A stretch of DNA of 63,979 nt, counting the filler, from Licmophora abbreviata (taxonomy: Eukaryota): NCBI GenBank assembly GCA_900291995.1. It is 20 parts of 20 records of this genome, joined end to end, with 100 filler letters (N's around TTAATTAATTAA, not from the genome) between each part and the next. Parts side by side here need not be neighbours in the genome. Positions count along the whole stretch, not along the records: positions 57,534 to 60,339 come from OLMU01000692.1; positions 60,440 to 62,851 come from OLMU01000693.1; positions 62,952 to 63,979 come from OLMU01000775.1; 17 more parts are not named here. One strand, written 5' to 3'. This document shows, piece after piece, positions 58,082 to 63,979 of the stretch. The translations under genes were made by a program, and so were the position numbers. The number at the start of each line of letters is the position of its first letter. Position 1 is the first letter of the stretch. The notes beneath the pieces were generated by a model, which did not search any database, was not told where the DNA came from, and saw only the letters and a list, made by a program, of their open reading frames with translations.

Positions 58082-61000
58082 ATGAGATTGCTTACCCTTG
58101 TTTTAGCTTTTTCTGTCCTCTCGGCAACTACCAATGCCGCAGATCCCGATGGGGGCCTGCTCCGCAAGCTACTTGGTTCCGGGACCCGCCCTTCGCGCGA
58201 GTTTCATTCTGCGAAACACAGCAAAGATCTGTTGGCAAACGAAAGCTCCGCAGGGAAGGTAAGATCTTGACACGTTTTATTTCGGCACAGCAGTTTACTT
58301 GAATCTGAATATTTCTGACTTTCCACTTGCTCTAACATCAAGGTTTTCGGACAAGTTGATTCGGCCATGGAGGTCGACCAGCATGAGCATGTCGGATATC
58401 GAGGATTGACCGGAAACTCTTGCGACATCAAGTGTGTCAATTTCTCCGCTGCTGGAAACGGAGACAGTCTGGTGCACGGCACCTATGTCAAGTACGAGTG
58501 GCTTGAGAAGTACGGAATGACTGTAACAGCTGAAACAGAAGGCGGATACACACCAGATGGAAAGGCTCGTATTTTCGACACTTCGAAGACCGGAACCGCA
58601 GACCCTGATCTGGAAAGTCCCAACAAAAGCTGTGGAGGCACAGGAATTGGTGAAGGGGGTATGAAAGGGAAGGAAGGAGAGAATTGTGAGCCTCAGGGAA
58701 ATGTTCTTTTCATCCAGGATTCAAAAGGGAGTGAACCGAATGACTATGCATACGGAGGCACGATCACCTTCTCGTTCGAGCAGCCGATCGAGAAGTTGAC
58801 GACGATCGGCTTGATGGACATCGAGGGCGATGACTCCTCGTTTTTGGTTTCTAGAACCGGAAGCTCGAATTCTATTTCTGTGCCAGTTGATGGACTTGGA
58901 GACAATTCTGTTCAAGACGAGACAATCAATCTCGCTGCCGTGTCCAGTGTTCGTGTCAACTTCGCAAACTCTGGTGGCGTTCGCTTCATTTGCTTCTGTG
59001 AGGGCTCGCCGCCTACCCCGAAGCCTGTTCCAGTGCCGAAGCCAACTCCTGCGCCAGTCTCTCTTACGGCGCCACCAACAAAACCTCCCACCAAGGCTCC
59101 AACGCCGACACCGACAAAGCCGAATATTGAGGTGACATTCACAGCTACTCCGACCTCCATCTTTGAGCCCGGTGACGAGGTCACATACATTGTAACCATC
59201 GTGAACACGTCAAGCTCCAGCGACCCTGTGACCATCACTAGTCTTATCACAGACACCTTCGGCGACCTTGACGGGTTGGGCACCTGCGACCTCACCGGTC
59301 CGCTGACGATCGCCCCCGGCGAAGCCTACACGTGTGACTTTACCAAGGAAATTACTGGTGTTGCTGGCGATGTGGTTAAAACTATCGTCACAGTCACGGG
59401 AATCGACAACGGGGGACTCCCGTTTCGGATAATGATGATGCCAAGGTTACTATTGTGTCCCCACCGACCGAACCTCCAACATCGCCTCCTACGTTACAGC
59501 CAACCGACCCACCCACAAAACCACCAACCGAGCCCCCATCTGAGCCTCTGCCGAAGATCAGGGTCACATTCACAGTCGTTCCTGCTACCATTGATGCACC
59601 TGGTGGTACGGTCACATATCTAGTGACAATTGTGAACATGTCCAACCCCGATGATACCGTGACAATCACCAGTCTCACGACGGACACTTTCGGGGACCTT
59701 GACGGAGAGGGAACCTGTGATCTCTCGGAACCATTGACCATCGCGCCGGGAGATGCCTATGGCTGTGATTTTACGAAAGAAATCACTGGCGACGCCGGAG
59801 ATATTGTTAAGAGCACCGTCACAGCTTCAGGAACCGATGAAGAGGGAACCCCGGTCTCAGGCGACAATGACGCCTTAGTCACTATCGTTGCACCCCCTAG
59901 ACCACCGCCTACCGCTCCTCCTACAGCACCACCTACTGCTCCTGCGACGGCACCACCCACTGCTCCTCCCACGGCACCACCTACTGCTCCTCCGACGGCA
60001 CCACCAACGGTATCACCCACCGCTCCTCCGACGGCACCACCAACGGCACCACCCACCGCTCCTCCGACGGCACCACCTACTGCTTCTCCGACTGCACCAC
60101 CCACTGCTCCTCCCACGGCACCACCCACCGCTCCTCCCACGGCACCACCCACGGCACCACCCACTGCTCCTCCCACGGCACCACCCACCGCTCCTCCGAC
60201 GGCACCACCCACCGCTCCTCCGACGGCACCACCCACCGCTCCTCCGACGGCACCACCTACTGCTTCTCCGACTGCACCAACTCTCCTCCCACGGCACCAC
60301 CCACCGCTCCGACGGCACCACCCACCGCTCCTCCGACGGNNNNNNNNNNNNNNNNNNNNNNNNNNNNNNNNNNNNNNNNNNNNTTAATTAATTAANNNNN
60401 NNNNNNNNNNNNNNNNNNNNNNNNNNNNNNNNNNNNNNNACCGCTCCTCCCACGGCACCACCCACGGCACCACCCACCGCTCCTCCCACGGCACCACCCA
60501 CCGCTCCTCCGACGGCACCACCTACTGCTTCTCCGACGGCACCACCTACTGCTTCTCCGACGGCACCACCTACTGCTCCTCCGACGGTACCACCCACCGT
60601 TCCTCCGACGGCACCACCCACAGTTCCTCCGACCGCACCACCTACTGCTCCTCCGACCGCATCACCCACCGATCCTCCGACCGCACCAGCCACCTACTGC
60701 TCCTCCGACCGCACCACCAACGGCTCCTCCCACTGATCCACCGACAGAGCCCCCGCCCAGTATCGAGGTTACATACACAGTCACGCCTGCCACCGTCCAG
60801 GAGCCCGGTGACACAGTCACTTACACAGTTGTCATTGAGAACACGTCCGGTCCCTCAGACCCCGTCACCATCACCGATCTCACCACTGATAACTTTGGTG
60901 ACCTTGATGGAGAGGGAACCTGTGACATTTCAGGACCACTGACCATTGCCCCGAGTGGCACCTACACTTGCGAGTTCACGAAGGAAATCACGGGCGATGC

Positions 61001-62851
61001 CGGAGACGAAGTGGAGAGTACAGTCACCGCTTCAGGAGCCGACGATGAGGGCAGCCCGGTGTCGGACAGCGATGACGCCACGGTCACGAATATCGCAACA
61101 CCTACCAATCAACCAACGGCAGCGCCATTCATGATGACCGCGCCACCCGTCTCTTGTACGAATGATGTTGAAGTCTGTATTGAGTTCGAAACTGCCGACG
61201 ATGGCACAGAAGTCAGTCACGGACAGGTAGTCAGTCAGCAGTGGCTTAGTATGAACGGCTTGACAATCTTGACCTCCGTGAGCGAGCCCCGTATCTTCAA
61301 CTCCTCGCTGTTAGACACGCCAGATCCCGATCTGGGCACGCCTAACGCACTGTGCTCGCCACCGGGGCCTGGCTGGGGAAGGGGCCGATGGAGTACCTGG
61401 CTCAGAAGGAGAGAACTGCGATTCACTGGGAAACATTTTGATCATCCAGCAAGTCGGTGTGAACGAGACCAGTGACAACAGGGAGGGTGGCGTTCTCCTG
61501 TTTGACTTGTCGTGTCCAGCGGAGAAGCTTACAGAGGTGGGTCTGCTTGATGTAGGCACGGCAGAGAAGGCGTTTTTTGAGCTTCAAGAAAAGGGGGGAG
61601 GTGTTACATTGAGAGCCGTGGACGGTCTGGGAGAGAATGCTGCACAAACAGAGCTGTTCGGGGGAGACGCCGAAGATATCGTTTCAGTGAGAGTTGGCCT
61701 GTCTGGATCCGGAGCGGTCACACGCTTCTGCTTCTGTCCAGGTGACTGCCCAGATCCTCCGACGCCGGCTCCCACTGAACCTCCCTCTGAACCTCCCACC
61801 GAACCTCCCACTGAGCCTCCCACTGAACCCCCGACAGAGCCGCCAACCGAAGACTGCCCCAGTGTAAGTCCCACAATGACGCCCGAGCCAACCGACGGTG
61901 TAACGAGACTTGACATCTTGAAGACATTCATCCCGGCAATCATCCAGCCCGGGGCCTCAGGCTCGTTTACCATCGAAGTCTTTAACGAAGGGGGAAGCAC
62001 CGCTACCGAAGTCGAAGTTGTCGATACTGTCAGCAACTCACTTTCCGTTACAAATGTTCGTGTGGCCTCCGGAAGCGGTGATTGCTCTCCTAGCTTCAAG
62101 CAAGAAGTCGTTTGTTTGGTCGACGTTCCGCCTTTTCAGTCAGTGGTTATCACCGTCGACTATACGGCTGGGGCATCCTCCACTATTGCTCCCGTTCTTG
62201 GCGGCAAAAAGGTGTTCGTTTTCAACTTCGTTAACGGTAACACTCTAATCGGAAATACGGATGGTCAGGCACTTCTCAATGGAGTCGACGATTCTGCGTC
62301 TCTTCTAGTTGCGAAGAGCAGCGAAATGGTGTGGGCGCCTCCTAATGGCGATAGCCCATTTGCCATTCACCTCTCTTGCTCTGATGAGTTCCCGGGTGGA
62401 TGGGCTGAAAAAGATGGACCGAACCAACAAGACGACCCGAATTGGCAGATTGCGTCGTGGAGTATTGGTGACAAGTGTGGTGGTGCACCAATTGACGTGA
62501 CCATTCCCAACACAGCTTGTGCGATTCGCGGTGGAATTCGAGTGTGCGACGAAGCGATACTTACCATTAGAGGCGCGCCTGGCGGTAGTACCAAAGGAAA
62601 AGGCAAGGGTGGTACCAAGGCTGGCAAGCTTGGAAAGCAGGGAAGTCGAAGGCTGAGTAGTTCAGGCAAGCAGGGCAAGTTGGGTACGAGTAAACAGGGT
62701 AAACAAGGAAAACAGGGCGGCACAGTCCCTGCTCTCCCAACCACCCCACCCACTTTCACCGACGCCTCCTCCAACGCCTCCTCCGACCAATCCACCTACC
62801 AATCCACCTACCGTCCCTCCGACAAGTGGAGGACCTCCATCCTGTGATTTC
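58082..62851 (+). CDS. Secreted modular protein, family member F (2 DPDL domains, 3 Ig-like conserved-repeat domains, (TAPP)n stalk, DUF11-like domain with HxSCSD insert, GKQGK block; 3' end in gap); exon 1 58082-58258, intron 58259-58342
   Basis: Signal peptide MRLLTLVLAFSVLSATTNA, RKL and 'RGLTGNSCDIKCVNF'. Frame slips near 59410, 60280, 60690, 61380 and 62755 fall in homopolymer or repeat tracts. The last ~1 kb is nearly identical to member B. Confidence 0.78.
59903..60735 (+). repeat. 12-bp coding repeat (PPTA)n, mucin/extensin-like stalk, interrupted by an assembly gap
   Basis: Dozens of ACCGCTCCTCCG / ACGGCACCACCC units. Confidence 0.95.
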
Positions 62852-63216
62852 NNNNNNNNNNNNNNNNNNNNNNNNNNNNNNNNNNNNNNNNNNNNTTAAT
62901 TAATTAANNNNNNNNNNNNNNNNNNNNNNNNNNNNNNNNNNNNNNNNNNNNTTTTCCGGGTGGCTGGACGCGTTTGACGGGATCTTGAAAGTGAGCGCAA
63001 CCAAGTCTGAGAGTACCACTCAACCTATCTCTCTTCCGTTTCCAGATCAAAAACTCCCTTGGTTTTATTCCAGACAGAGTGACGCTTCGTAGTACCGCTT
63101 GCATTTCTGACGTCAGGCAGAACAGCAACCAACGAAACTGCTACAGCAGAACTTCGTCGAGCAACCTCTAACGAACCCAGTCACTCAAACAATCTCCGCA
63201 GTCATTGATGAATTCT

Positions 63217-63702
63217 CTATATTTCGTCTTCGTGCAAGATCATATTTGGTATCCCATCTTTGATTGCAAATTTGCGTCCGGTATCGGGACAAACCAAGTT
63301 TCCGTCCTGCACGTGAATGTCCATCAAGATGCGGTGAAGCGATGCAACAAGCGGCTCATCCAGTGATTCTGGTAGCTCTGCCGGAAGCTCTGGGATCTCA
63401 CAATGAGGCGATAACTGTTGTGCGGCGCCCAGTAGTGTGGTGTAATCAAGTTTTGGAAGAAGTTTGACAATCAAGTCTCGATCCACAGCTGATTCTTCGA
63501 CAACAACCTCGGTCGCCTCGATCGTCAATGGGTACCCCTTTTCTGTCCTGTAGTAAGCAAATTCAGAATTTTAGCGTTCACATGTTCCAATTCCTTTCCC
63601 ATGTCATTCTTTGTACAACCAGCAGTGGCAAACGCACATCCGCAAACCAAACACTCACCCTCTCACAGTTGACTGGAGGTAATTGTGAGTCAACAATCTC
63701 AT
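63217..63702 (-). CDS. TRM112: Trm112 methyltransferase activator subunit; exons 63702-63659 and 63547-63217
   Basis: MRLLTHNYL...KGYPLTIEA, LHRILMDIHVQDGNLVCPDTGRKFAIKDGIPNMILHEDEI. Phase-2 GT-AG intron. Confidence 0.95.
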
Positions 63703-63979
63703 GTTCTAAAATTTCTATCGATTTCCAAAATCGTTCGAAGGCTGTATGGAAACGACTTGAGGGTCAAGGTCAGGAGAGAGTCAGCGGAGTTCAACTGTCG
63801 GACCCCGGGCTGCGTGGACTGTGGCGTTCAGTTTGTGTCGCCGCCGCCAGCATCACCGCTGTCCATCACTCTGTCCTTCGTTCTTTCTTCTCTCGCGTCT
63901 CGGCGTGGTAGCCTCATCGTGTGTACGAGGTAATTTTCAGCTCAAATCCAGAACCTGGTTTTTGCTTGTAGATTTATAG

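Noticed and set aside
59400..62760. Multiple frameshifts in member F (and in C near 30625-30680) suggesting pseudogenes or programmed frameshifting
   Set aside because: They fall in G/C homopolymers or tandem repeats, often near contig ends, and the flanking domains are intact. Sequencing or assembly error is the simplest explanation until reads are checked.
2634..62951. Regularly recurring TTAATTAATTAA palindrome flanked by Ns
   Set aside because: It is an artificial scaffold linker with stops in all six frames. It is not a biological repeat or a CRISPR array.

Overview
This is a gene-dense eukaryotic scaffold segment, most likely from a diatom. The evidence is short GT-AG introns, bipartite signal-plus-transit plastid presequences cleaved at F/W, and R-x-L propeptide motifs. 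It is broken by 19 artificial 100-bp spacers (N44-TTAATTAATTAA-N44). Housekeeping genes include beta-COP, pyruvate kinase, CNOT9/Rcd1, dephospho-CoA kinase, a HAD hydrolase, a PP2C with cyclic-nucleotide-binding domains, an RBBP6/Mpe1-like protein, TerC, a MUB/UBL3 protein and Trm112. The main feature is a family of six paralogous secreted modular proteins: five in a tandem array at 17.9-35.8 kb (-) and one inverted copy at 58.1-62.9 kb (+). They combine a signal peptide, an RXL propeptide, a repeated ~190-aa Cys-bounded 'DPDL..N..C' domain, bacterial-type DUF11-like Ig modules, mucin-like Pro/Thr stalks and silaffin-like Lys/Gly/Ser blocks. I interpret them as a candidate adhesive or cell-wall (biosilica-associated) system. 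Other notable items are a candidate SelK/FAM241-like selenoprotein with a SECIS-like hairpin, a >2000-aa plastid-targeted disordered repeat protein (possible condensate scaffold), a bacterial YbaY-like gene, and a recurrent 12-bp upstream motif. All family assignments come from motif recognition, not database searches.
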